Origin: Candidatus Melainabacteria bacterium 17Bon1m
GTDB lineage: Bacteria; Cyanobacteriota; Vampirovibrionia; Obscuribacterales; Obscuribacteraceae
DNA length: 64,000 nt
Assembly (NCBI GenBank): GCA_032128875.1
Contig: JAVLKG010000005.1
Span: 320,001 to 384,000 of the forward strand
Direction: 5' to 3'
Translations under genes and position numbers: made by a program
Notes under the pieces: generated by a model
What the model was told of the DNA's origin: nothing
What the model saw: only the letters and a program-made list of their open reading frames with translations
The model's database searches: none
Shown: one piece after another, positions 9,877 through 19,692 of the stretch
Layout: the number at the start of each line of letters is the position of its first letter
Position numbering within the stretch: position 1 is the stretch's first letter

Positions 9877-10974
9877 ATGACTAGCTCGGTAGTTACTAAA
9901 GAAGGCGTCAGCTTTAGATTCCCCTGGATGTTCGGGCGCGAGTACGACATTCTGTTCTTCTTTCTGCCCGTCATATTGGGCGTGACGCTCTTCTATTTCG
10001 TCCGATTTTCCCCGCTGGGTTTGTCGGCGCTGTGGTCAGTATTGCTACTGGAAGCTTTTGGCGCCGGTGCGTTTCACTGGGGACCTACCTGGTTCGCGTA
10101 TTTCGACAAGAAGAATCGTGAGTCATGGAAGGCTCAGCCTTTGAAATTCGCTGTTTTCTTTATCGCCCCCTTGATCGTGCTGCCGCTGTGCATTGTTGGA
10201 AGCATCTACATTCCGTGGTTAGTCACTCTCATCACGATGATCTGGGCTCTGCAGCATTTGATTCAGCAAAACGTTGGAATTGGGCTGCTCTACCACAATC
10301 AAAATCAAGGTGAAGCAATCGTCGACCGCACCACTGAGATGCGCAGCCAGCAAGCGCCCGCGATTTTCTTTGCGTCAATTCTGTATTGGCGTCACTTCTT
10401 CGGTTCGCCCTCCTTTTGGGTTTACAAGTTAATCGGCGTAATTCTGTTTGCCATTGCTGCTTATTTCGTTGTTAAGTACTTAATTGAATTCACCAGGCAA
10501 GTACGAGATGGCGCCGCAGTCAACGTTCCGTCTCTGGCATTCTGGGCGCTTTCGGTTCTTGCTTTCCTGCCTTGCGCGTATCTCGGCAACAGACCTGACG
10601 ATTGCTTTTTGATACCGTTGACAATGCACTGGTTCCAATACATCGGACTCAACTACATGCTGGTGCGCAACAAATATGTTGAGACATCGGACAATACTGC
10701 CAATTTGTCGATACCAAAAGTTTCTCCAGTGTTGCTTTTCTTTGTAACTGGAGCCGTTGGAATCGGAATTTTGATTTTGATAAAACTGGGCATGAACGTC
10801 AAGAACGTCAGCCCGTTAGCTATACAGGTCTTGGCTGGAACCTACATGGGCATTGCCAACCTGCATTATTTGCACGATGCATTTCTCTGGAGATTTAGAG
10901 AAGAGCATGCACGCAAGACGATTTTGCCGTTTTTGATGTCTTATCGGAAGAAGCGGCAAGCGACTTCTGCATAA
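9877..10974 (+). CDS. Integral membrane protein with four conserved His motifs (putative metalloenzyme)
   Basis: About 8 TMs; HWGPTWFAY, WALQHLIQQNVG, HWFQY, HYLHDAFLWRFR. Paralogue at 13673-14899. Confidence 0.75.
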   Translation: MTSSVVTKEGVSFRFPWMFGREYDILFFFLPVILGVTLFYFVRFSPLGLSALWSVLLLEAFGAGAFHWGPTWFAYFDKKNRESWKAQPLKFAVFFIAPLIVLPLCIVGSIYIPWLVTLITMIWALQHLIQQNVGIGLLYHNQNQGEAIVDRTTEMRSQQAPAIFFASILYWRHFFGSPSFWVYKLIGVILFAIAAYFVVKYLIEFTRQVRDGAAVNVPSLAFWALSVLAFLPCAYLGNRPDDCFLIPLTMHWFQYIGLNYMLVRNKYVETSDNTANLSIPKVSPVLLFFVTGAVGIGILILIKLGMNVKNVSPLAIQVLAGTYMGIANLHYLHDAFLWRFREEHARKTILPFLMSYRKKRQATSA

Positions 10975-11052
10975 CCGGGTAAGATCTCCAAAGTAAGTTG
11001 CCGACACGAGCGCTTGAGTTTCGTTCAAGCTCGTTTTTACTAGGAGGACAAG

Positions 11053-13560
11053 GTGACAAGTGGAGTTTCTGGCTCGAGTGGGTCCGGCAATAATCACGTT
11101 CCTCTTCTAATCGCCCTCTGCGCCGTGGCAGCTTCGACGATGATTGTCGAGATCGTCATCGTCAAATTTATTGCGTTCAAAGTTTTCCACCACTTCATCA
11201 ACATGATTGTGAGCACCGTTGTGCTCAGCTTTGCTGCTGCCGGCACCTACCTCTATTTGAAGGGCAAGAATGAGGCCGACCCGGCGAGTTCGTGGCGCAA
11301 TGCCGCACGAGAAGCGCTTTTGTATTCGATAACCTTGATGTTGTCAATCCTTCTTTTTTGCTGGATTCCGATCGATCCTTACAATGTCAATTTGAGCCCA
11401 ATCGTTCGCATTGGCTCCTTGCCGATTTATTTTGGAATTTTGGCAGTACCTTTCTTTTTCGGCGGACTCTGCATTAGTCGTGTGCTTGCAGAGAGCAGCC
11501 TGCAGCCCAGTAGAGTTCTCTTGTTCGACCTTGCCGCTGCTGCAATTGCAGCCGCAGCCGCTCCGGCTATGCTGGAAGTTTTGAACGGCTACGGCGAAAT
11601 AGCACTAGCTGCCGCGCTCGGCTTTGTCGCATATCTTGCGTTCTTAAAAAGCGCGGGGGATTTAAAAGCAAAACCTGTTGGTATCGGGTTTGCGATTTTC
11701 CTTCCTATCGTCGCGGCCACGCTCGCTTATCCTGGTTGGGCATTCAACACTTATGGGCTGGACATTCGCACCTACAAGGGTGAAAACCTCGAGCGAATTG
11801 CGCTCAAAGAGCTCAATGGAATTAGCAGAACCTACTGGAATGCGCTCGCGCGTATTGATGTCTCGAATGTCGGCTTTTCCAATGACGAGATGTTTTTCTA
11901 CGGCTTCGTCGATTCGAAAGACAAGAAAGAAGGACGCCTAATTACTGTCGACAAAGGCGCCAACACGAGACAGTTTGCAAACAAAGGCAAGCTTGAAGAT
12001 CAGAAATTTTTTGGCGACAGCGTCGTTGCAATCCCCTATATTGCGCACAAAGAAAACCCAATCAAGAATGTGCTGATTATCGGTGGTGGCGGCGGACTGG
12101 ACATTACTGTTGCCAAATTCTTCAAGTCGCCTAATGTAGATGTGCTTGAAATGAATCCGATGACGTACAAGCATGTCTTGCTTGGCGAGGGTGATCCCAA
12201 TCGAGATCTGTTTCAACCGTGGGTGGCTAGTGACGCGACGAGCCAGATCAATATTTTCAATAAAGAAGCTCGTCACTTCTGCTCCTCGGCTCCTCCCGGC
12301 GGATACGACGTCATTCAAGCCACGGGCGTCGATACTTTCACTGCCATTGCATCCGGTGCGTTAGCATTCTCGGACAATTATTTGTACACCTATGATGCAG
12401 TGAAGAGCTATATGCGTCTTCTCAAGCCAGGTGGCGTTCTTTCGTTGGCTTATTGCCGCGAACCCGAAGCCTTGCCGATCCGGATTTTTGCATCTTATCT
12501 GGCTTGCCTGGAAGAAAACGGTGTAAAAGAGCCGTACAAGCACGTGATGGTTGTTGGCAAGGATATGTCCGATATCCTCGTCAAGACCACGCCATTTACA
12601 CCGGAAGAATTACAGAGCGTACGCGATTGGTGTAAGCGCACCGGCGCGGTGTTGGTGTTCGACCCTGAGAGGAAAACCGCAGACACACCCGGTCTGCGTC
12701 CACTCGAAGTTATGTATACAAAGCTCGGCTTTGCCGATACTGCTACGCGTCAAAGTCTGATTGACACTTACGAGAAAAACATTTTCCCTGCGACCGACGA
12801 CAAGCCTTACTTCTACCAAACTGATCGCAATGAGAGCTTTATTTTCTCGTCCAATTACTCGTACTCTCCCAATCTAGCGGTCATGCTGATTGCGATTTTT
12901 TGCCTGGTGCTTATTGCTTTGCCTATTCGCAAAGCCGGTATCAGCGCCATGTCCGGGCCACTTCTTGCGCGGGCCGTATATTTCGCATTTTGTGGTTTTG
13001 CATTTCTTCTGTACGAGGTCGCTATCGTTCAGCTCTTTACTGTCTTCGTCGGCGGACCCGCGTATGCATTGGCGGTGGTATTGGTGGCGGTGCTAATCGG
13101 ATATTCTCTGGGGTGTTTTGCGGTTTCTAAATTGCCTGTGCGTAGCTCGACCTTTGTGGCCATTGGGCTTTTGCTGTTTGGCACAAACATGTTTGCTTGC
13201 TTCGCTTTGCCGGGCATCATTTCGTCTCTTCTCAGCATTGGCTTCACCGAGCGTATTGTGTTCTGCGCGCTAATCACCACGTTGCTGTCCTGTTTTACGG
13301 GACTTTCCGTACCGCTAGCGATGGAAGCCGCAAAGGCGGATTCTGCGCGCGAGATTTCCTGGTTCTGGGGAATTAGTTGCTCTTTCAACGCTCTGGGAGC
13401 CGCATGTTTCCCGCTTATTTCCATGCAAATCGGAATCAAGGCAACACTTGCGGTTGTCGCTGTTTTGTACTTGGTGGCAAATCTACTTTTCGCGAAGTTG
13501 CTTCAGGGACAAAGCCGCACTACCAATGACCAGCAGAGCACGCCGGCGCAAGCCGCCTAA
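11053..13560 (+). CDS. Membrane-fused spermidine-synthase-like class I SAM-fold protein
   Basis: N- and C-terminal TM bundles around VLIIGGGGGLD, DVLEMNP, EARHF, YDVI, LKPGG and PATDDKPYFY. GGAGG RBS. Confidence 0.85.
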   Translation: MTSGVSGSSGSGNNHVPLLIALCAVAASTMIVEIVIVKFIAFKVFHHFINMIVSTVVLSFAAAGTYLYLKGKNEADPASSWRNAAREALLYSITLMLSILLFCWIPIDPYNVNLSPIVRIGSLPIYFGILAVPFFFGGLCISRVLAESSLQPSRVLLFDLAAAAIAAAAAPAMLEVLNGYGEIALAAALGFVAYLAFLKSAGDLKAKPVGIGFAIFLPIVAATLAYPGWAFNTYGLDIRTYKGENLERIALKELNGISRTYWNALARIDVSNVGFSNDEMFFYGFVDSKDKKEGRLITVDKGANTRQFANKGKLEDQKFFGDSVVAIPYIAHKENPIKNVLIIGGGGGLDITVAKFFKSPNVDVLEMNPMTYKHVLLGEGDPNRDLFQPWVASDATSQINIFNKEARHFCSSAPPGGYDVIQATGVDTFTAIASGALAFSDNYLYTYDAVKSYMRLLKPGGVLSLAYCREPEALPIRIFASYLACLEENGVKEPYKHVMVVGKDMSDILVKTTPFTPEELQSVRDWCKRTGAVLVFDPERKTADTPGLRPLEVMYTKLGFADTATRQSLIDTYEKNIFPATDDKPYFYQTDRNESFIFSSNYSYSPNLAVMLIAIFCLVLIALPIRKAGISAMSGPLLARAVYFAFCGFAFLLYEVAIVQLFTVFVGGPAYALAVVLVAVLIGYSLGCFAVSKLPVRSSTFVAIGLLLFGTNMFACFALPGIISSLLSIGFTERIVFCALITTLLSCFTGLSVPLAMEAAKADSAREISWFWGISCSFNALGAACFPLISMQIGIKATLAVVAVLYLVANLLFAKLLQGQSRTTNDQQSTPAQAA

Positions 13561-13672
13561 GACTCCAGCGGTTTTGGAAGCGACTTCCAAAGATCCGGAA
13601 TACGTCGGAATATCCGGAATACTTGGCTCACGAAGACTTCGGTAGCTCGGCAAAACGCTGCGTTTCGAAGCC

Positions 13673-14899
13673 CTAGGACACCAGCAATTTGTTTATCACT
13701 GGGTCGCGCAGCTTCCAAATGAAAGCGTCTGTCCAAAAGTGTTGAATGTTCAGAAACACCCAGATGGAGATAAAACAAAGCGCTTTGTCTGCGATACCAA
13801 CTTGAGTCATCCAGGTCGGAAGTGAAAACGCCAGGAGAAAACCTACAGCGAAGACAATTCCGAAATAGAGCATGCCGACCTTGGTGAACAGCATACGTCC
13901 AATCTGATGGAAGCTAACGTTCTCAGGTAAGCCTCTTTCTTTGAAATAGAAAGCTGACGTGACAACTAGATATTGGCTTGAATGGAAGAACCATTGCGAG
14001 AACATGTAATAGAGCAAAGCGAAATGCGTGCCTGCAATGAGCGGCAAAGCTGTAAGCGTCATGATTACGAGAAGCGCAGGCACCGGCATCAAAGCTTTTT
14101 CTTTGATGTATTTGCGAACTACCATGCCGACAAAAGCCAGTACAGAAACTTGCAGCACAACCAGTGAGGCAGTGCAGAGCCATTCCGGCAGAATTGCGTA
14201 GAACGGCACGTCGTAAAGGTTGAGCAGCTTGAAAGTGCCGAAATCTTTGAGCGCGAACATGCGAATGATCAAGTAGACCATGGTGGCATCTACCATGAAC
14301 TTCATGATTTTCTTTTCGATGTTGTTGAGCATGTATTTGCGCTTGTAGCAGTACACGAGCGCAATTCCGTACGATTGAGCAAGCTGGTGCTGGAAGCCCC
14401 AGGCAAGAACGAGCTTGATAAAGAAAGTGGTTGTGGCGTGAATGTAGAGCGTAGAAAGACCAGCCAGCAGTGCGACAAATGCGATTACCGCGACTGGCTT
14501 GCCGATCGCTTCACGTGTGACTTTGCTTCCGTAGACGCGGAAGAGGGTCGCAGGTTGGTGTCCATCGCCAAAGATGTGCAAACCAATCACACTGAGAGCG
14601 AAGAAGGCTTGAGCGGTTGTGTTGCCGTCGAAGCCATAGCCGAACTTGGTTAGAGACAAACCTGCATAGCAAAGCCAGAATGCGCCACCGCAGACGAAGA
14701 GCAAGTCGATGACGGGATTTAGAATCCAAGGATATGGACCGAGAGCTTTTGCCGTGGCGGCCGCGGACTGTTCGGAAGTTGGCTCAGTGAGTTTGGCGGC
14801 TTCTATTGCAGGCGCCGGCTGTTGATATGATGCCGGTGCGGATGCAGGCACGGTGCCAGGTGCAGCGGTTTCAGCCGTGCGAAAACTGACTTCGTCCAC
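13673..14899 (-). CDS. Integral membrane protein with four conserved His motifs (paralogue of 9877-10974)
   Basis: HQPATLFRVY, WGFQHQLAQSYG, HSSQY, HFWTDAFIWKLR. GGAGGGAG RBS before GTG 14899. Confidence 0.75.
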   Translation of the reverse strand: MDEVSFRTAETAAPGTVPASAPASYQQPAPAIEAAKLTEPTSEQSAAATAKALGPYPWILNPVIDLLFVCGGAFWLCYAGLSLTKFGYGFDGNTTAQAFFALSVIGLHIFGDGHQPATLFRVYGSKVTREAIGKPVAVIAFVALLAGLSTLYIHATTTFFIKLVLAWGFQHQLAQSYGIALVYCYKRKYMLNNIEKKIMKFMVDATMVYLIIRMFALKDFGTFKLLNLYDVPFYAILPEWLCTASLVVLQVSVLAFVGMVVRKYIKEKALMPVPALLVIMTLTALPLIAGTHFALLYYMFSQWFFHSSQYLVVTSAFYFKERGLPENVSFHQIGRMLFTKVGMLYFGIVFAVGFLLAFSLPTWMTQVGIADKALCFISIWVFLNIQHFWTDAFIWKLRDPVINKLLVS

Positions 14900-15210
14900 A
14901 GGGTCTCCCTCCAATACGCCTTAGTAACTGGGAAATCTTCTAAAGAGAAGGATCAGAATAGTTCTGAAATTCTGATATCCCATTATTTATATGCCCGAGA
15001 AAATCGGTATATAAACCATTCTAGAGCATGTAAGCACTGCTCGAAAGCTTGATGGGCAGCCAATATTTAGACAGATGAAGTAATGGTGGTCGCAACCGCG
15101 AATGACGGATGCGCTGCTCCCGACATTGCTTCCGTGTCGATCTCCACAGGCGCTGGGTTTCTAAATTTGGACAAAGTCGTCTCATAGACTCATTCGGCGT
15201 GAGAAAACAC

Positions 15211-15257
15211 AAAAAAGCGGGTCCACGCCCTACAGACAGGCACGTGGCAACCCGCTT
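15211..15257 (-). terminator. Intrinsic terminator with a long bulged stem
   Basis: AAGCGGGT..CCACG..loop..CGTGG.ACCCGC followed by TTTTTT on the minus strand, downstream of the small ORF. Confidence 0.65.
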
Positions 15258-15299
15258 CAGAAAGTCCGAAGGCAATGTTGTGCTGATTAGGTTATGCGA

Positions 15300-15521
15300 T
15301 TACCTTACGATGGCTCTGGAAAGCCAGAAGGCGCGCAGTCCGCGGTACATTTTCACCATGTCTACGCCGGGTTTGTTGACCGTGGAGACTGCTGGTGCAA
15401 TTTTTGGTGCCGCTGTTGGTCCAAGTATGATTGGGCCGCTTGCAAAGCTGCTTGTGGCGAATAGGCCGAAGCTAAATACGCCAGCTAATGCTGCTGCAGT
15501 AAGTACTTTACGAGTTTTCAT
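15300..15521 (-). CDS. Small secreted protein (73 aa)
   Basis: MKTRKVLTAAALAGVFSFGLFATSSFA|SG signal peptide, GGAGG/AAGGA upstream, terminator downstream. Confidence 0.7.
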   Translation of the reverse strand: MKTRKVLTAAALAGVFSFGLFATSSFASGPIILGPTAAPKIAPAVSTVNKPGVDMVKMYRGLRAFWLSRAIVR

Positions 15522-15714
15522 TTTTCCTTTGATACCTCCGACTTCTGGAATCCTACAGCCTGAGTCATTTCTAGCTAGATAATGTCTATCATAGAAGATA
15601 AGCGCGGATGTGGATCTTGACAATATAATATCACGATAGGGAAAGATTAAAATCTAGGAATTTTCCTAAAATCTCGAAGCTAATAATTGAGTAAAGTAAC
15701 ATCAGAGGTCTGCT

Positions 15715-16767
15715 TTGGGCGATTTTTTCATAGTCATGGGGTGCGGGATTCTTGGGCTGATGGCCCACGGAGCCACAACTCGCCCATGGCTGGAGTGGAC
15801 TCTCCGGTTCATTATCGTAATTGTTTTCCTGGGAGAAGGATTGATCGCTGCCGGCGCCCTCGTCGACTCGGGTCAAAATACCTGGCAGGGGGGCATTGCA
15901 ATCGGCACAGCCGTCGCCACAGGCATCTGTTTAGTCTTTTACGGGCGTAAGCTCTACTCGGCTGTTTTTAGTTTCCTAGACAATATTTTTTCCGGAGCGG
16001 CCGCTGTCGCGCTCTACAAGAAAGCGTCCGTGTACGACGTTTTCACCAAAATCCATGTGTTCTTGCCAAATTCCATCCCGCACATGGTCGGGCTATTCAT
16101 CTATATAAGTACATTTGCAACACTGCTGGGCGCGGTCGACCCCGAAAGTCTGGTCGGAGGCCCTGATGGGCTGAAGCTGCCGAGTTTGCCGCTGCCTATT
16201 CCGGTGCCAATCGACACTCTCTTCTCGTACAACGGGCTGGGATTGGTTTTGCTCTCATTTTGCGGCGTCGGTATTTTCGTCAAGCGTGATTTCAAAAGTG
16301 TTTTGGACCGTTTGGGCTGGAAGAAGCCATCGGGCAAGCAAGTCGCTATCGGGCTTGGTTTGGTAGTCTTCAGCTTCCTGTACGACTATCTCTGGTCGCT
16401 CTACACCCACAACACCGGCACCGACATGGCAACGAAGTTGGCGGTGTACAACTCAGGAACCTTCAGCGTTGTCGGTGGTGCCGAAAAGTCCCTTATCCTT
16501 GCCCTGGCAACTGCCATCTTTGCCGGTGTTGGTGAGGAAACATTGATCAGGGGCGCATTGCAGCCAGTGTTTGGAATATTTCCTGCGGCAGTTTTGCATG
16601 GAATTTTGCACGCGCAATTCAACCATGCACCCATACTCATCATTCAAGTCGCGCTCTGGTCTTGCGTGATGGGGCTCGTTCGCAAGTACACCAATACGAC
16701 GACAACTATCATTGGTCACGCCGGATTCAATTTCCTAACCACGTTTTTGTTCGCGTTCAATCCGTAA
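15715..16767 (+). CDS. CPBP (Abi/CAAX) intramembrane metalloprotease with N-terminal TM extension
   Basis: GVGEETLIRG, HGILH and HAGFN motifs. Confidence 0.9.
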   Translation: MGDFFIVMGCGILGLMAHGATTRPWLEWTLRFIIVIVFLGEGLIAAGALVDSGQNTWQGGIAIGTAVATGICLVFYGRKLYSAVFSFLDNIFSGAAAVALYKKASVYDVFTKIHVFLPNSIPHMVGLFIYISTFATLLGAVDPESLVGGPDGLKLPSLPLPIPVPIDTLFSYNGLGLVLLSFCGVGIFVKRDFKSVLDRLGWKKPSGKQVAIGLGLVVFSFLYDYLWSLYTHNTGTDMATKLAVYNSGTFSVVGGAEKSLILALATAIFAGVGEETLIRGALQPVFGIFPAAVLHGILHAQFNHAPILIIQVALWSCVMGLVRKYTNTTTTIIGHAGFNFLTTFLFAFNP

Positions 16768-16814
16768 GCGCGGATGATACAGCGATGGTGTTAAAGTCAG
16801 GTTCTGACTCACTC

Positions 16815-17426
16815 TTAGCTCGGCATTCCTGAGCTTTCGTGAATGATGTTGTCCAGGCTCTCAATGGTTTCGGTCAATGAAAGACTCATAAGCTCTGCGC
16901 GCACTCTCTCATTGTTCTGCACAAGAGATGCAAGGTGCAATGAAGCGGCGGGTGCTGTAGCTCCGAGTTTCAACTTGTGTGCCATATTCATCGAAAGAAG
17001 TTGACACGCCATCTCGACGCCTTCAGAAAGCGGATATTTGTCTCCCACTTCAGTTGCGCTCGGAATTGCATAGAGTTTGTCCGACAAACCAATAGATTGA
17101 AGAATAAAGATCTTGAACCACTCAGGCGGGTCGGCCTGAGCTTCGGCGTGCTCGTAAAGCGCCAGCCAGATTGAAAAACACAGCAGCTCCTTCACTGCTT
17201 CTGCAAATTCTTCTTGTGTCACTTCCGGCAGCGGAACATTCTTATTCGCTTCATTGGCGTGGAATTCTTGCTCGCAGACATTCATGTACTCGCGAAGCAG
17301 ACGAGTACTTTCCATTCCATTGATGGTCGCGAAAAACAAAGCTCTTTCCGCGGACTCCCGCTCCGTCGCCGGTGGTTTTGCTTGACTCGGCACGATTTTT
17401 TGAAAGGCGGGGAGCTGACTGTCCAT
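16815..17426 (-). CDS. Hypothetical protein
   Basis: 203-aa helical ORF, GAGG RBS, fills the intergenic space. Confidence 0.7.
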   Translation of the reverse strand: MDSQLPAFQKIVPSQAKPPATERESAERALFFATINGMESTRLLREYMNVCEQEFHANEANKNVPLPEVTQEEFAEAVKELLCFSIWLALYEHAEAQADPPEWFKIFILQSIGLSDKLYAIPSATEVGDKYPLSEGVEMACQLLSMNMAHKLKLGATAPAASLHLASLVQNNERVRAELMSLSLTETIESLDNIIHESSGMPS

Positions 17427-17765
17427 TTAGTCCTCGTTTCCAGGCTGAACCAATTCTAGCAGCGTGAACTTGCCCAGTACGAAATTTATGGGCTTCGACG
17501 GTTTCCTGCAAGATTTAAGGTTCGACTACGTATTTTTCCCAATGACAAGTTCATCTTTCGTAGGCATTATTATCGTTACGCCGGTTTCTGTACCCACAGC
17601 CGCTGGCCCTCCGGTTTATCTTCCCCGTAAATAAGGTATATAGGTAGAGGCTGTAAAGCCCGCCAGAGTCCATTATTGCTTGGACATATTCGCCGTGGCT
17701 GGTACGACGAATGTAACGAGCTCAACCACTACGTTTGCGTATAAACGACGTTCAGGAGAGTTACT

Positions 17766-19325
17766 ATGGCTGACAGACCCATCGAACCAGGCAAGTACGA
17801 CCCCAAGCAGACACCAGAAAGAAACGCTTCAGTCGATTCGACAGCTATTGTCGACAAATACAAAACTGATGGAGCGGAAGCTGCTTATCAAGCATTGCAG
17901 AAGGAATTAGATCCTCAGCAGCTCGCACAAAGAGGTGTCACCGACCAGCAAAGAACCGCTTATCAAACTAAGTTGGTTGAACAACTTCAAACCGCCGGTG
18001 TATTGCCGGAAATCTCGATAGCCGCTGTCAAAGACAGAGCCGCTAAACCGGCAGATCAAGGTGGCAGCGACCTTCAAACAAACAATCAATACGACATCAA
18101 CAAGATCAGAGCCGCACGTGATGCGGCCACAAATCCTGTCGACAAAGCGCTCTACACCGCATTCTCCGATAAGTACAACGATCTGCGCAATGAAAACCGC
18201 AGTGGTCGTGCTTATGCGCCGATTAACGATGCCGCATTGACTCGTCACATGGACAAGACGAACGCTGCAGCAAGAGAAACTGCTCAGAATGAACAGTTCA
18301 AGAAAGATATCTCCGTTCTGGCAACAAACCCGAAAGTGTTCGATGCAATCGACAAAGCCGGAACTGAAACTACCAACCGCGCTGGAGTAGTTCCAGAGAA
18401 GACTGACGGCAAGATAACCGAAGAGAATATCGCCGCCTTCGACAAGAAGTGGAACGATCCAAACGAGACAGAGCGCAAGAAATTCCGCGATGGTTTCGGA
18501 ACGCAGGAGCAACAGGACCAAGTCGACAGAGCTGTTAAGGCATTGAAGGGTGGTCTTGAACAACCCAACCTGCTGAAAAACAACATGGTCGAGGGACGTT
18601 GGAATCCGCTAAACGAAAATGGCATAACTAGAGACACTCTTACGGCCGGATTGGGCGGACCTGAAGCTGTTGCTAAATACAAGCAGCAAGAAAATACACG
18701 TCCTGACGGCACAGTCAGACCTGAAGTTGCTGCTGCTCAGAATTTTGCCGACAGCAAGCTGAACCGCGGTGAAGGACCGTGGCACGTTGCCAACCAAATG
18801 ATTAAGGGGCAAGAGGGTCAGTTCCAAGATCCAGCCAAAGCACAACGCGACCTCACCAAGGCACTTCAAAATTCCTTTACGGATCGCCAGGGTGCAGAAC
18901 AGCTAGCTAATGGCGGACGTGACAAGGTTCGCGAAGAAATTCGCAAGAGCGGCAACACCGAACTTCTTAACTGGTTCGACAAGCGTTATCCAAAACCGGA
19001 AGGACCTGAACAACCTGTTGCTAAGCCTGAACCTACAGCAGCGGCAGATTTCAGCAGCACCAAACTTAAGGACAAAAACGACGGACCAAGAGCTATTGCA
19101 GGTCGCATGACTCAAGGGCAGGAGCAGTTCTTCGCTGATCCAGCCAAGGCTACTAGAGATCTCGCCAAAGCCATCGGCGTAGAATCCGGTATCCACAATT
19201 CTAAGCAAGGCGCCGAACAAGTCACCAAGGAGAATTATGACAATGTGATCAAGAGCATCCAAGCAACTAACAATGCTGAGTTGCTCGCATGGTTCCAAAA
19301 ACGCTATCCAAAACCGAAAGCATAG
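17766..19325 (+). CDS. Hypothetical protein with two C-terminal ~95-aa repeats
   Basis: AGGAG RBS; repeats end NTELLNWFDKRYPK and NAELLAWFQKRYPK; paralogue downstream; own terminator. Confidence 0.85.
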   Translation: MADRPIEPGKYDPKQTPERNASVDSTAIVDKYKTDGAEAAYQALQKELDPQQLAQRGVTDQQRTAYQTKLVEQLQTAGVLPEISIAAVKDRAAKPADQGGSDLQTNNQYDINKIRAARDAATNPVDKALYTAFSDKYNDLRNENRSGRAYAPINDAALTRHMDKTNAAARETAQNEQFKKDISVLATNPKVFDAIDKAGTETTNRAGVVPEKTDGKITEENIAAFDKKWNDPNETERKKFRDGFGTQEQQDQVDRAVKALKGGLEQPNLLKNNMVEGRWNPLNENGITRDTLTAGLGGPEAVAKYKQQENTRPDGTVRPEVAAAQNFADSKLNRGEGPWHVANQMIKGQEGQFQDPAKAQRDLTKALQNSFTDRQGAEQLANGGRDKVREEIRKSGNTELLNWFDKRYPKPEGPEQPVAKPEPTAAADFSSTKLKDKNDGPRAIAGRMTQGQEQFFADPAKATRDLAKAIGVESGIHNSKQGAEQVTKENYDNVIKSIQATNNAELLAWFQKRYPKPKA

Positions 19326-19348
19326 GATTAGCGCATAAATAAAGTCTC

Positions 19349-19382
19349 AAGAGGAAGGTTCGCGCCTTCCTCTTTTGTTTTG
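19349..19382 (+). terminator. Intrinsic terminator
   Basis: AAGAGGAAGG-ttcgcg-CCTTCCTCTT followed by TTGTTTTT. Confidence 0.85.
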
Positions 19383-19692
19383 GAAGTTTCCATTCTTGCT
19401 TTGCAGATTTCTGTTTTTGTTTTTCGAGTTTTCTCCCAAGCTCTTTCACCTGTGTTTGGCCCAGTCGCGCCCCGCGTACTTTCCGCGCTGTCGGTCACGA
19501 AGCCGTCACGTTGGTGCGGAATAATCAAAAACATCCGAAGGGCAACGAAAGCCCGCTTTCCCCACAAGTAAAAAGAATCCTCGCCCTCCCCGGGCTGCGC
19601 TAAAAACTCTGCATTCCAGCCAGATGCTTTCAAAAGGAAAGATCTGAGGCAGGTCGCCGCGCGTCCAGCCGCTTTTCTTAGGAGAATTGACC

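Noticed and set aside
9771-9974. N-terminal extension of the GT-C ORF 8040..9974
   Set aside because: It overlaps the divergent gene at 9877 and does not look like the family.
11053-13560. Calling this gene speE
   Set aside because: It lacks the GGGDG Asp and has large TM fusions, so its activity is unknown.
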